From NCBI GenBank assembly GCA_964016885.1, contig OZ024740.1:300700001-300764000 (forward strand): a stretch of 64,000 nt of DNA. The letters are read 5' to 3'. The position numbers were made by a program, and so were the translations under genes. Of this stretch, positions 15,883 to 29,659 are shown one piece after another. Every line of letters begins with the position of its first letter. The stretch's first letter is position 1. The notes beneath the pieces are model-generated. The model was not told the DNA's origin. It worked only from the letters and a program-made list of their open reading frames with translations, and did not search any database. This DNA is from Eledone cirrhosa. Lineage: Eukaryota.

Positions 15883-16085
15883 AGACATAATACTTTGTTT
15901 ACACAATCTATGATTTTTTAAGGATTCCAATGTCACGTAATCTCAGATTGAATAAGCGTTGCTAATAATAAATGCGTTACCTACAATACATTCATACAGT
16001 ACTACTACACGGTTACTTTCACAGCGGTGATATGGTAATAGTCCAACATTTTCACAAGGGCATTACATGTAACTTAACATTATTA

Positions 16086-16272
16086 TGGATTATTAGTATC
16101 GGTAGAGAGTCTGACGTCCTCATTTCAAGCATAGAGTAACGTCCCTTTACGGACTGAGTTCAAATCCCGCCGAGGATAACTTTGCCTTTCATCCTTATGG
16201 GTCCGATAAAATAAAGTATCATTATGGCACTGAGTAATTGCTGGCCTTGTGCCAAAAGTAGAAACAATTATT
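16086..16272 (+). mobile_element. SINE family A
   Basis: tggatt...gtatcggtag, B-box gagttcaaatccc, tail gtagaaacaattatt. Confidence 0.85.
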
Positions 16273-16420
16273 ATACATATATATACTCGAGGTTTTAGTT
16301 CTATCATTATCTATATATTTTCAGAAACACTTTCTTTCTTCCTCTCTCTCTCTAACTCTCTCGACCTATCTAATTTATATCTATCTATCTATCTAAATCT
16401 CTCTCTCTATATATATATAC

Positions 16421-16489
<69 letters not shown>

Positions 16490-17447
16490 TATATAGATAT
16501 ATATATATATATATCTACGCATGTAAATAAACACACACACACATATATATGAATGAACATCTATCTGCATATGCGTGTTTGTGTGTGTGTGTAATATGAA
16601 TGTGTGTCCCTTTCTTTCTACTATATTTATGTCAGTCACTACTCTTTATAAAATCTGGAACTATATTCTTGGCAATATTATCGAATACATTTCTTCTTTT
16701 ACTTTAGTTTGTTTTCATTTTGAGGTTTTTTTTAGATTTGTCAGGTAATTCTTCTAGAATGTAAAATGATATCTTAACAATTTAAGAACTTGCCACGACT
16801 GAATTAAGCAGTTTCTTGTACAATACAATAGAACAAAGGTTTTCAACCCATTTCGGCCAAACGCCCCTTTTTGCCCCTCGAAATCACGAAACGCCCCCCC
16901 CCCCTACCCTTTTCCACAGTTTTTAATATACTACTGATTTTGATATCAGTAGATTACTAAAAAATTGATTAACGATATTCCAAAGATACCATTGCAGGCA
17001 GTTGAAAGTATAAATACATTCCTTGGAAGGAAATATATAAATTTAAAAAAAAGGAACATAAATGTTCTTTTTTATGAATAAGGACCAGTTGAAATTTTTA
17101 TATTCCCACCAGACGATACCAGCCATTTGAACATTTATACAAGAGCAACTCTGTCTATCCAAAGAGTGCTCTTATCTGGAAGAAAGTGGCAATTGTATTA
17201 TTTCAAAGCTTTCCAATTTTCCCTTTAATGAAACGCAGAGAATAAATGTTGATATCTAACTTGATGTCCCCTCCGCTTTGTGAGCTTAGAGATCACGCAA
17301 GAGGGTTTTCATGACCACGTAAGAGGGTATATTCATTAGTAAACAGTAAAATATATACAACAAATGTGTAAGTGAATTGTGGTAGATGGTTTCCAGTCCA
17401 GTCAGACTGCAACTACAAGTAAAAAATCGACTTACTTTGACCTCGTA

Positions 17448-19215
17448 TCAATGGGACCCTTGAGCTTCATGGAGTCTAGCTAACTCTTTGACGTCAGGCT
17501 GGATTTTCGTGAGCTGTCGCCGGAAATCTCCACGTGCAATCACATTATAGCGGCCGCAAGCCTTACTATGCAGTCTGGAAACAACGCCAAACCCCCTCTC
17601 GACTAAGTATGAGCTAGGAAAAGGCAAAGCAAATCTCTTAGCCTCTGTATGTAGGAGTGGAAATCGACGCTGAACTTCCTCTTGCATACAAAAAAGGGGT
17701 TCTCCTATTTTGGAAAATTTTATTTTGATAATGTCATCTGTATGAAATTCAATTAATTCTTCCTCAAATTTAACGTCGAAATCGTCGACGTTAGCTGTGA
17801 AGGGATCTGCTATCCACATTGGAATGTCCATCTGCAAAAGGTCGACAAACCGTTCTCTCATGTTGTCTTGTAGTGCATAGAGGTGCGCGGTATACATTTG
17901 GAGTTGGTCATCGCTCACAATGTTTTGATCATTGGCGACATTAGGAAAAGTATAGAATTCCCGTCGACAAAGATTCCTTTCGATGACTTTCAATTTGGCC
18001 AGCAATATTTTCACAGCATTTCTTGCTTTAGACAAGGTGATCTTCTCTTCCTGCAAAGCCATAATGAGGCTATTGCATTTGTCGAAGATGTCGGCGAGGT
18101 AGGGTGCAGTCTTGCCTCACATAGAGGTTTTTTTTTATACAGCTCTGTGTTGCGTCCTCGAACGAAGAAACTCAATGATAGAGTCGAACAGTTCAAAGGA
18201 GCGAGTAAGGCACTTGCCCTTTGAAAGCCACCTCACTTCAGTATGAAGGAGAAACTCGACGAATTCTTCGTCATTATCTTCGCACAGTTGTCGGAAAATT
18301 CGTTCATTGAGAGCATGGCGTTTGATATAATTGATGACATCAATGGCTACCTCCAAAGACTTGCTCAGCGGCTCGCTGAGTTTCTTCGCAGCCAAGTGTT
18401 GTCGATGAATGACACAATGGATTTTCCCTCTTCAGAAGAGAGACGAAACGCTTATGTTGGCTGACCATTATTCTTGCGCCGTCCGTAGCACATGATACAA
18501 TATTGTTAAAAGATATTTTTCTTCGAGCTATCCCTTGCCAGATTCAAAGATCGTGGTACCTTTAGTATATGTGGTTAGATTCAGAGTGACGAGAAGCTCC
18601 TCGTGCATTTCGCTTGGGTGGAAAAATCGCACGTATCCCAGTAGTAAGGACTGATTCGCGGAAAGTGTGATTTCATCAAGTTGCAAAGCAAATTGTGTCG
18701 ATTTCAAGATGTTGCATAATTTTTGTTCAACATTTTCCGCCATTTCGTCGATGCGTCTCCTTATTGAGTCGTTACTCAACGGAATATATTTCAAGGTCTT
18801 TAACGGGTTCTGACGTAGTACTGTTGAAAGAAGTTCTGAGATGACAGGGGCTAACAATGTTTCACCCAAGGAATGGAGCTTGCCACACTTTCCGATTATG
18901 TTGGCAATATTGTAAGATACGACAAGTCCATCAACATTTGAAGCTTCAACTTTTGGAAAGGCAGAAGAAATCAGTCTTGTTTTCTGGAATTGGTCCCTAA
19001 GAGACTGAAAGTATGCTAAATCTTTATAACTCTTATCGGGGAACCTCACCTCCAGGTGTCTACTCAAACGCGATGGCTTCATCGCCTCATTCGAAAAGGA
19101 CTCCTTGCAAATTAAACACATGGGTGACAGGTGGTTCGACGGCGATGAGATGAATCCGAACCGTAAGTAATCAACGCTGTATTGCCTGCATTTTTTTCTT
19201 CATTGCTGAGGCCAT
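17448..19215 (-). pseudogene. Buster/Charlie (ZBED5/SCAND3-like) transposase, frameshifted
   Basis: CRQYSVDYLRFGF...CLICKESFSNEAMKPSRL; PLSNDSIRRRIDEMA; FALQLDE; HTEVRWLSKG; FPSSYLVERGF; ends AQGSH*. Confidence 0.92.
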
Positions 19216-19862
19216 TTTCTGTTTAGCGAATGTGTTTGGTAAAGTTACCAAAGATTTGCATATATAAGTCTATAAAATTATGTATAAGGAACTTACTATA
19301 ATGAGTCCTGTTCCAGTATGATAAAGGTTCAATTAATGTTCTGGAATAACACTTTGTAATAAACAAAACTGCAATTAAAAAAACAAATACTGTGATTAAT
19401 TAACCAGTAGCTTGGGGGAATTAAGGTGGCAGACACAATAAATGATCAACACGGCAATGAGTGCAAGAATGACTAGTAATGTGCTATTTTGAAATGGAAT
19501 TCATCAATTAAGCACGTAGTGATAAGACGCGATAATACTAAGTTAAGACATTACTCAAATTATCGCCCTTACCTGAATGCATCACTGTGATATTCTTGTA
19601 ATGGTGCTGCAATTATAATGGATGACTGTTGAAGACTACAAAAGCACTTCCTTAAACCCAAGACTATAACAAGACTTGATCGTAGTATACACAGTCAGTT
19701 TATATAGGAATAGCAACAACCTAATTATAAAATAAATGATGTGGAAATGCAATGAAGAGAAGATGGGGTCAAGCAAACCGAATGTTAGTAAGAATGAGCT
19801 GAAGTATCGAGGTCAAGCCGATCACGGTGATGAACGGGTCAGTGAATAATGTTGCTCTTTTC

Positions 19863-21245
19863 CAGGGGTTTCGTTTGCCTTAAAAATGTGAGGGGGACAA
19901 ACCAACATTTGTTGCAGCATTTTAGTATTACTTATGGTGTCTTTCCTGAACCCTATCACATAAGTTAACATTTCTTTACGCTAATTAAATTTTATATATT
20001 CAAATGAAGTTCAGATATAAAAAAAAATAAGCTTAAAAAGTATTTATTATATCAAATAAACAAAAAATAAAACATAGACATTTGAATAAAAATCATATAA
20101 AGTAAATGTTTTGTCTTTTAGAACTGTCCAAATGTATCATATCTCGCATCATTGCTGTCAATAAATAATTTAGCAACTTCTTCACATCTAATCTTTTTCA
20201 AAACATCTTTATGAACGTCTCATATTAGAAAATGATTCAACCTTTGCTGAGTGATGGTCGATCGCAACCAAGTTTTGAGTCTATGCAGAGCGCTAAAAGA
20301 TCTTTCAGCTTCACAAGAAACATTAAAAGTAGCCTGAGCAATCGCTCAACATTTAGAAACATGCGACGGACTTCTGGTTGCATTTCACCGAATATTTTAC
20401 GATGATCCTCGAGAGATAATCCACTATGATGATTTCTATAAAAAAGTATTTCGTTACTTAAAGAACATTCATCAAGTTCTGGATACTGCATGATCACTTC
20501 AGCACAAACATTTCCATTGAGTAAAATATTGCTCAGTTTTTTCATTATCTGCTAAATCCTGTGAAAAGAAATAATCTTTCAAATTTGATATTGCAGTATC
20601 CGCTACCTGCAAATACCGCACTCTGTAATAATCCAAAACTGTGCAGCGTTGATATTTTAACGCATTTCTTTCCTGGTTTCTTTTAGGAACTTTTCGTTAC
20701 CTGGGTAACTCCAAAGGAGAAATATCGAGTCGATAAATCATTATTTCTGGTGTATTGAACAGCTCCTGAAATTTTTCTTCACTGCGTAGATTTTTTTAGC
20801 TCCTCCTGCACCAGTTTGACACTATGCAACATGCTACCTAGATTGAAAGTGGTACTTGGAAAAGATGTGTTCAATCCTTCAAGGAATTGAAGTAATGGAA
20901 CTACAACGTGCAACCCAAGAACACATTGGCTCGGAGAGTGAAACGTAAGAATAACATTAGCTCTGCATGCAATGTTGGTGCCAAACTCATTTGTTCCCTC
21001 TTGTAAAGAAAGAGGGACATCTGAATAATTGTCAAGGCCTTTGACTGCAGAAAGTCGTGTTAACCATCGAGTAGGGCACACAGGTGTTAAGGAGTGTGGT
21101 GACGATACTTCATTTTCTTCATCATGTTGTGATAAATACGCTTGCTAAAATTTCCCTGATGTACTATAATGTTTCCACAATTCATTCACGTAACCTAGAA
21201 CATTTTTGATAAGTGAAGCTTGTTATACATACTTAGTTATAATAA
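19863..21245 (-). mobile_element. Nested hAT element (Tip100/ZMYM1-like): 3' terminus plus transposase C-terminal remnant
   Basis: CAGGGG terminus at 19863; CPTRWLTR; dimerisation-domain remnant RSFSALHRLKTWLRSTITQQRLNH. Interrupted at ~21243 by the ribozyme array. Confidence 0.75.
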
Positions 21246-24200
21246 GCTATCGTCAGCAACGTATACATTCCTTCCAGATTGTTGAACGTATATACTTACC
21301 TTATGCATATTAACGGCTGAGTAACCCAATTTGCATATCGAGTGGGTTAATCGGACGGGTGCACCGAAAACGATAAACGGAGAAAATGAAACGAAATTTC
21401 ATTCCCCACTCTTAGTACGGCTGTTACTTAAATATAAGTATGTACACGTTAATATGCATAAGGTAAGTATATACGTTCAACAATCTGGCAGGAAGGTATA
21501 CCTTGCTAACGATAGCTAATAAGCTTGAAACTAGTACAGCGTTCCATTGTCAGTGTTGATCAAACGAGCAACGATGGTTGCTGGACACTACGGCTTAATA
21601 CGGGATGATCCATACGTACATATATATATATATATATGTGTGCATGTATGTATATATATATACATACTACTGTACGTCTGTATACATATATATATGTACG
21701 TGTACATACTTATATTTAAGTAACAGCCGTACTGAGAGTGGGAAATGAAACTTCGTTTCATTTTTTCCGTTTATCGTTTCCGGTGCACCCGGCCGATTAA
21801 CCCACTCGATATGCAAGTTGAGCTACTCAGCCGTTAATATGCATAAGGTAAGTATATACGTTCAACAATCTGGCAGGATGGTATACGTTGCTGACGATAG
21901 CTAATAAGCTTGACACAAGTACAGCGTTCCTTTGTCAGTGTTGAACAAACGAGCAACGATGGTTACTGGACACTACAGCTTAATACGGGATGTTTGTTTA
22001 CAAACAGACCGAGCATTATAATAAATGTTCGGTGAATCCATACGTACATATATATATATATATGTGTGTGCATGTATGTATATATATATATATATCATTA
22101 CTACCGTACGTCTGTATTCATATATATACGTACGTGTACATACTTATATTTAAGTAACAGCCGTACTAAGAGTTGGAAATGAAATTTCGTTTCATTTTTT
22201 CCGTTTATCATTTTCGGTGCATCAGGCCCATTAACCCACTCGATATGCAAATTGGGCTACTCAGCCGTTAATATGCATAAGGTAAGTATATAGTTTAAAC
22301 AATCTGGCAGGAAGGTATACGTTGCTGACGATAGCTAATAAGCTTGAAACTAGTACAGCGTTCCTTTGTCATGTTGAACAAACGAACAACGATGGTTGCT
22401 GGACACTATAGCTTAATACGGGATGTTTGTTTACAAACACATCGAACATTATAATAAATGTTCGGTGAATCCATACGTACATATATAAATATGTGTGCAT
22501 GTATGTATATATATATACATACTACTGTACGTCTGTATACATATATGTATGTACGTGTACATAATTATATTTAAGTAACAGCCGTACTAAGAGTGGGAAT
22601 TAAAATTTCGTTTCACTTTTTCCGTTTATCGTTTTCGATGCACCCGGCCGATAAACCCACTCGATATGCAAATTGGGCTACTCAGTGGTTAATATGCATA
22701 AGGTAAGTATATATGTTCAACAATCTGGCAGGAAGGTATACGTTGCTTACGATAGCTAATACGCTTGAAACTAGTACAGCGTTCCTTTGTCATGTTGAAC
22801 AAACGAGCAACGATGGTTACTGGACACTATGGCTTAATACGGGATGTTTGTTTACAAACACACCGAGCATTATAATAAATGTTCGGTGAATCCATACGTA
22901 CATATATAAATATGTGTGCATGTATGTATATATATATACATACTACTGTACGTCTGTATACATATATATATGTACGTGTACATACTTATATTTAAGTAAC
23001 AGCCGTACTAAGAGTGGGAAATGAAATTACGTTTCATTTTTTCCGTTTATCGTTTTCGGTGCACCCGGTCGATTGACCCACTCGATATGCAAATTGAGCT
23101 ACTCAGCCGTTAATATGCATAAGGTAAGTATATACGTTCAACAATCTGGCAGGGTGGTATACGTTGCTGACGATAGCTAATAAGCTTGAAACTAGTACAG
23201 CGTTCCTTTGTCAGTGTTGACCAAACGAGCAACGAAGGTTGCTGGACACTACAGCTTAATACGGGATGTGTGTTTACAAACAGAACGACCATTATAATAA
23301 ATGTTCGGTCAATCCATACGTACATATATATATATATATATGTGTGCATGTATGTATATATATATACATACTACTGTACGTCTGTATACATATATGTATG
23401 TACGTGTACATACTTATATTTAATTAACAGCCGTACTAAGAGTGGGAAATGAAATTTCGTTTCATTTTTTCCGTTTATCGTATCCGGTGCACCCGGTTGA
23501 TTGACCCACTCGATATGCAAATTGAGCTACTCTGCCGTTAATATGCATAAGGTAAGTATATACGTTCAACAATCTGGCAGGGTGGTATACGTTGCTGACG
23601 ATAGCTAATAAGCTTGAAACTAGTACAGCGTTCCTTTGTCAGTGTTGAGCAAACGAGCAACGATGGTTGCTGGACACTACAGCTTAATACGGGATGTTTG
23701 TTTACAAACAGACCGAGCATTATAATAAATGTTCGGTGAATCCATACGTACGTATATATATATATGTGTGCATGTATGTATATATATATATATCATTACT
23801 ACTGTACGTCTGTATACATATATATACGTACGTGTACATACTTATATTTAAGTAACAGCCGTACTAAGAGTGGGAAATGAAATTTCGTTTCATTTTTTCC
23901 GTTTATCATTTTCGGTGCACCAGGCACATTAACCCACTCGAAATGCAAACTGGGCTACTCAGCCGTTAATATACATAAGGTAAGTATATATTTTAAACAA
24001 TCTGGCAGGAGGGTATACGTTGCTGACGATAGCTAATAAGCTTGAAACTAGTACAGCGTTCCTTGGTCAGTGTTGAACAAACGAGCAACGATGGTTGCTG
24101 GACACTACAGCTTAATACGGGATGTTTGTTTACAAACACACCCAGCATTATGATAAATGTTCGGTCAATCCATACGTACATATATATGTGTGCATGTATG

Positions 24201-27200
24201 TATATATATATATACATACTACTGTACGTCTGTATACATATATGTATGTACGTGTACATACTTATATTTAAGTAACAGCCGTACTAAGAGTGGGAAATGA
24301 AATTTCGTTTCATTTTTTCCGTTTACCATTTTCGGTGCACCAGGCCCATTAACCCACTCGAAATGCAAATTGGGCTACTCAGCCGTTAATATGCATAAGG
24401 TAAGTATATATTTTAAACAATCTGGCAGGAAGGTATACGTTGCTGACGATAGCTAATAAGCTTGAAACTAGTACCGCGTTCCTTTGTCATGTTGAACAAA
24501 CGAGCAACGATGGTTGCTGGACAATACGGCTTAATACGGGATGTTTGTTTACCAACACACCGGGCATTATATTAAATGTTCGGTGAATCCATACATATAT
24601 ATATGTGTGCATGTATGTATATATATATATACATACTACTTTACGTCTGTATACATATATGTACGTGTACATACTTATATTTAAGTGACAGCCTTACTAA
24701 GAGTGGGAAATGAAATTTCGTTTCATTTTTTCCGTTTATCGTTTTTGGTGCACCCGGCTGATTAACCCACTCGATATGCAAATTGGGCTACTCAGTGGTT
24801 AATATGCATAAGGTAAGTAAAACACGTTCAACAATCTGGCAGGAAGGTATATGTTACTTACGATAGCTAATAAGCTTGAAACCAGTACAGCGTTTCTTTG
24901 TCAGTGTTGAACAAACTAGCAACGATGGTTGCTGGACACTACGGCTTAATACGGGATGTTTGTTTACAAACACACCGAGCATTATAATAAATGTTCGGTG
25001 AATCCATACGTACATATATATATATGTGTGCATGTATGTATATATATATACATACTACTTTACGTCTGTATACATATAGGTACGTGTACATACTTATATT
25101 TAAGTAACAGCCGTACTAAGAGTGGGAAATGAAATTTCGTTTCATTTTTTCCGTTTATCGTTTTTGGTGCACCCGGCTGATTAACCCACTCGATATGCAA
25201 ATTGGGCTACTCAGTGGTTAATATGCATAAGGTAAGTATATACGTTCAATAATCTGGCAGGGATTTATACGTTGCTGACAATAGCTAATAAGCTTTAAAC
25301 TAGTACAGCGTTCCTTTGTCAGTGTTGAACAAACGAGCAACGAAGGTTGCTGGACACTACAGCTTAATACGGGATGTTTGTTTACAAACAGACCGACCAT
25401 TATAATGAATGTTCGGTGAATCCATACGTACATATATATATATGTGCATGTATGTATATATATATATATATCATTACTACTGTACGTCTGTATACATATA
25501 TATACGTACGTGTACATACTTATACTTAAGTAACAGCCGTACTAAGAGTAGGAAATGAATTTTCGTTTCATTTTTTCCGTTTATCATTTTCGGTGCACCA
25601 GGCCCATTAACCCACTCGATATGCAAATTGGGCTACTCAGCCGTTAATATGCATAAGGTAAGTATATATTTTAAACAATCTGGCAGGAAGGTATACGTTG
25701 CTGACAATACCTAATAAGCTTGAAACTAGTAGAGCGTTCCATTGTCAGTGTCGATCAAACGAGCAACGATGGTTGCTGGACACTAGGCTTAATACGGGAT
25801 GTTTGTTTACAAACACATCGAACATTATAATAAATGTTCGGTGAATCCATACGTACATATATAAATATGTGTGCATGTATGTATATATATATACATACTA
25901 CTGTACGTCTGTATACATATATATATGTACGTGTACATACTTATATTTAATTAACAGCCGTACTAAGAGTAGGAAATGAAATTTCGTTTCATTTTTTCCG
26001 ATTATCGTATTCGGTACACCCGGTCGATTGACCCACTCGATATGCAAATTGAGCTACTCAGCCGTTAATATGCATAAGGTAAGTATATACGTTCAACAAT
26101 CTGGCAGGGTGGTATACGTTGCTGACGATAGCTAATAAGCTTGAAACTAGTACAGCGTTCCTTTGTCAGTGTTGAGCAAACGAGCAACGAAGGTTGCTGG
26201 ACACTACAGCTTAATACGGGATGTTTGTTTACAAACAGACCGAGCATTATAATAAATGTTCGGTGAATCCATACGTACATATATATATATATATGTGTGC
26301 ATGTATGTATATATATATATATATATCATTACTACTGTACGTCTGTATACATATATATACGTACGTGTACATACTTATATTTAAGTAACAGCCGTACTAA
26401 GAGTGGGAAATGAAATTTCGTTTCATTTTTTCCGTTTATCATTTTCGGTGCACCAGGCCCATTAACCCACTCGATATGCAAATTGGGCTACTCAGCCGTT
26501 AATATGCATAAAGTAAGTATATATTTTAAACAATCTGGCAGGAAGGTATACGTTGCTGACGATAGCTAATAAGCTTGAAACTAGTACCGCGTTCCTTTGT
26601 CACTGTTGAACAAACGATCAACGATGGTTGCTGGACAATACGGCTTAATACGGGATGTTTGTTTACCAACACACCGGGCATTATATTAAATGTTCGGTGA
26701 ATCCATACATATATATATGTGTGCATGTATGTATATATATATACATACTACTGTACGTCTGTATACATATATGTACGTGTACATAATTATATATAAGTAA
26801 CAGCCGTACTAAGAGTGGGAAATGAAATTTCGTTTCATTTTTTTCCGTTTATTGTTTTTGGTGCACCCGGCTGATTAACCCACTCGATATGCAAATTGGG
26901 CTACTCAGTGGTAATATGCATAAGGTAAGTAAAACACGTTCAACAATCTGGCAGGAAGGTATACGTTGCTTACGATAGCTAATAAGCTTGAAACTAGTAC
27001 AGAGTTCCATCGTTAGTGTTGAACAAACGAGCAACGATGATGCTGGACACTACGGCTTAATACGGGATGTTTGTTTACAAACACACCGAGCATTATAATA
27101 AATGTTCGGCGAATCCATACGTACATATATATATATGCATGCATGTATGTATATATATATACATACTACTGTACGTCTGTATACATATATGTATGTAATT

Positions 27201-27483
27201 GTACATTCTTATAATTAAGTAACAGCGGTCTAAGAGTGGGAAAAGAAATTTTGTTTCAATTTTTCCGTTTACCGTTTTCGGTGCACCCGGTCGATTATCC
27301 CACTCGATATGTAAGTTGGGCTACTCAGCCGTTAATATGCATAAGGTAAGTATATACGTTCAACAATCTGGCAGGGTGGTATACGTTGCTGACGATAGCT
27401 AATAAGCTTGAAACTAGTACAGCGTTCCTTTGTCAGTGTTGAGCAAACGAGCAACGAAGGTTGCTGGACACTACAGCTTAATA
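21243..27483 (+). repeat. Hammerhead-containing ~420-430 bp tandem array (putative retrozyme), ~15 units plus an inverted head
   Basis: Anchor taatatgcataaggtaag at about 21450, 21835, 22268, 22689, 23110, 23538, 23967, 24387, 24799, 25218, 25645, 26065, 26499, 26912, 27332. Block 21243-21449 is inverted. Confidence 0.92.
23137..23221 (+). ncRNA. Type I hammerhead ribozyme, representative array unit
   Basis: acgttg-CTGACGA(23167)-t agct aata agct t-GAAA-ctag-TA|cagcgt. Stem I extends via ctggca/tgtcag and tcaaca/tgttga. Intact cores also at 22325, 23595, 24023, 24443, 26122, 26556, 27389. Confidence 0.85.
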
Positions 27484-27552
27484 TGGTCGGCTCGGGCAGT
27501 GGGACTGAATCCGGAAATATGTGGTTGGGAAACACGCTTCTTGTCACACTGC

Positions 27553-27584
<32 letters not shown>

Positions 27585-27620
27585 CAGCGTGTGTGTGGGT
27601 GTGTGTAATATATATATTAT

Positions 27621-27810
<190 letters not shown>

Positions 27811-27936
27811 GGTATCCACTGTAAGTTGTGGGGTCTATTCTGTATGAAGAACTCAATGTAATCGATATGTTGAAAACGTTGTAGGTTAAGATAAATCTCA
27901 GAAAACAATAAAACATTAAAAGGAAAACAGAGTCAT

Positions 27937-28250
27937 GATATAGGTTAAAACAATGAAATAAAAAATCAAGTCATTAGAGATATACTTCACTGCTTTACGA
28001 TCGTTTCTAGATGGTGATAATACAGTGTATCTATTCTCAGTTATTGATCTATGTAAGTTTACAAACTACCGAAAACAGCTGGTGATATGCATGTAAGTAA
28101 ATATTCTCTCTATCTAATAGTTTGTAAACTTACATAGATCAATAACTGAGTATAGATACAATGAATTATTATCATCTAGAAACGATCGTAAAAAGGGTGA
28201 AGTATATATCTAATGACTTTATTTTTTATTTCATTGTTTTACCATATATT
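27937..28250. repeat. Palindrome, ~135-bp arms (duplicated at ~39610-39925)
   Basis: Arms are reverse complements; contains the relic GAAA-cgatcg-TA motif. Confidence 0.85.
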
Positions 28251-28440
28251 ATATATATTGAAGAGCTAAACAAAATTTAATGTGTATATCAAAGAATGAG
28301 TTTTACAGTAGATTGGAAGCACTCTACAGTAACTAATTTTCCGGAGTTATTAATATTAGAATAGAAATATTAATAAAATACCTTGATTAAATCTTAACCA
28401 ATTAACATCTCAGAGTATGTCATGTATCATTATATTTTAT

Positions 28441-28556
28441 CTGAGTTCGAACCCCGCCGAGGTTAACTTTGCCTTTCATCCTTCCGGGGTCGATAGAATA
28501 AAGTACCAATAATACATTGATAATTGCTGGCCTTGTGCCAAAACTAGAAACAATTA
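28441..28556 (+). mobile_element. SINE family A, 5'-truncated, 16-bp TSD (duplicated at ~40116-40230)
   Basis: TSD attatattttatctga at 28429-28444 and 28553-28568. Confidence 0.85.
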
Positions 28557-28650
28557 TATTTTATCTGATTAGGCCGTACAGTTGGACATCCGAAATATGT
28601 ATAATAACATTTAATTAATCAAAATAACATATATTTTATTAATATATATA

Positions 28651-28727
<77 letters not shown>

Positions 28728-28728
<1 letters not shown>

Positions 28729-29490
28729 TTAAAATAACAGATTAAAGTTTACGCAAAGAATCGCAGCTTTCACCCTTAACCGGATCTTCTGAAACTAACA
28801 AAGTCAATCTGTAAACGCAGAAGTGGATATTTTAAAAAAACGTTGCAACCGTTTATTTAATTATTTATTTATTTGTATACACGCACACACACACACATTT
28901 ATACATGCGTGGTTTCGTATACCTATGGCAAGTGCTTTCGCGTATGCTTGTGTATGTACGTTTTTGCATGCGTGTATGTATTTATTTAATTTCTATTACC
29001 TCTGTTTTGTATTTTATTTACTTTGTTCTTAACTCTGAAGCGGAGATTCATTCGGTTTCGTAGTTAGAATTTTAGTCTACGACTTCAGCTATACCATTTA
29101 CGTGGTTTTGTCTTTGCGTGCAATTGTTCTCCACACTCCACATATGGCGTATTATCTTCGTTTTTTTCCGTTCATTGCCAGAGAACTTCTCTATGAACCA
29201 CCTAAGAGAACATTAGTCTACGACTTCTTTTATACCATAAACGTGATTCTGTCTTTGCGTGTAATTGTTTTTCACCGCTCCTTTTAATGACGTATTATAT
29301 TCGTTTTTTCCCGTTCTTTGCCATGGAACGTTTCCACGAAACAAAGTATCGTCTTCCTGTCTTCCTCCGGTTGCAACGTTTTTTGAAATATCCACTTCTG
29401 CGTTTACAGATTGACTTTGTTAGTTTCAGAAGATCCCGTTAAGGGTGAAAGCAGCGATTCTTTGCTTAAACTTTAATCTGTTATTTTAAT
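28728..29490. repeat. Element with ~125-bp inverted ends carrying a hammerhead-like motif (29422-29472); duplicated at ~40357-41111
   Basis: Arms 28728-28851 and 29368-29490. agttt-CAGAAGA-tcccgttaagggt-GAAA-gca...tgc-TT-aaact. Confidence 0.75.
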
Positions 29491-29579
29491 AAATATTTGC
29501 TCTACTGTTCTTATATATTTGATATATATTTATCCTTATCGAGCCCTCTCTGGAATTTAGTCTTCAAGTTTATTATTAT

Positions 29580-29659
<80 letters not shown>

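Noticed and set aside
28140-28200. Hammerhead in the 27937-28250 palindrome
   Set aside because: Core reads CTGAGTA/CTGAGAA and stem I does not pair; a relic at best.
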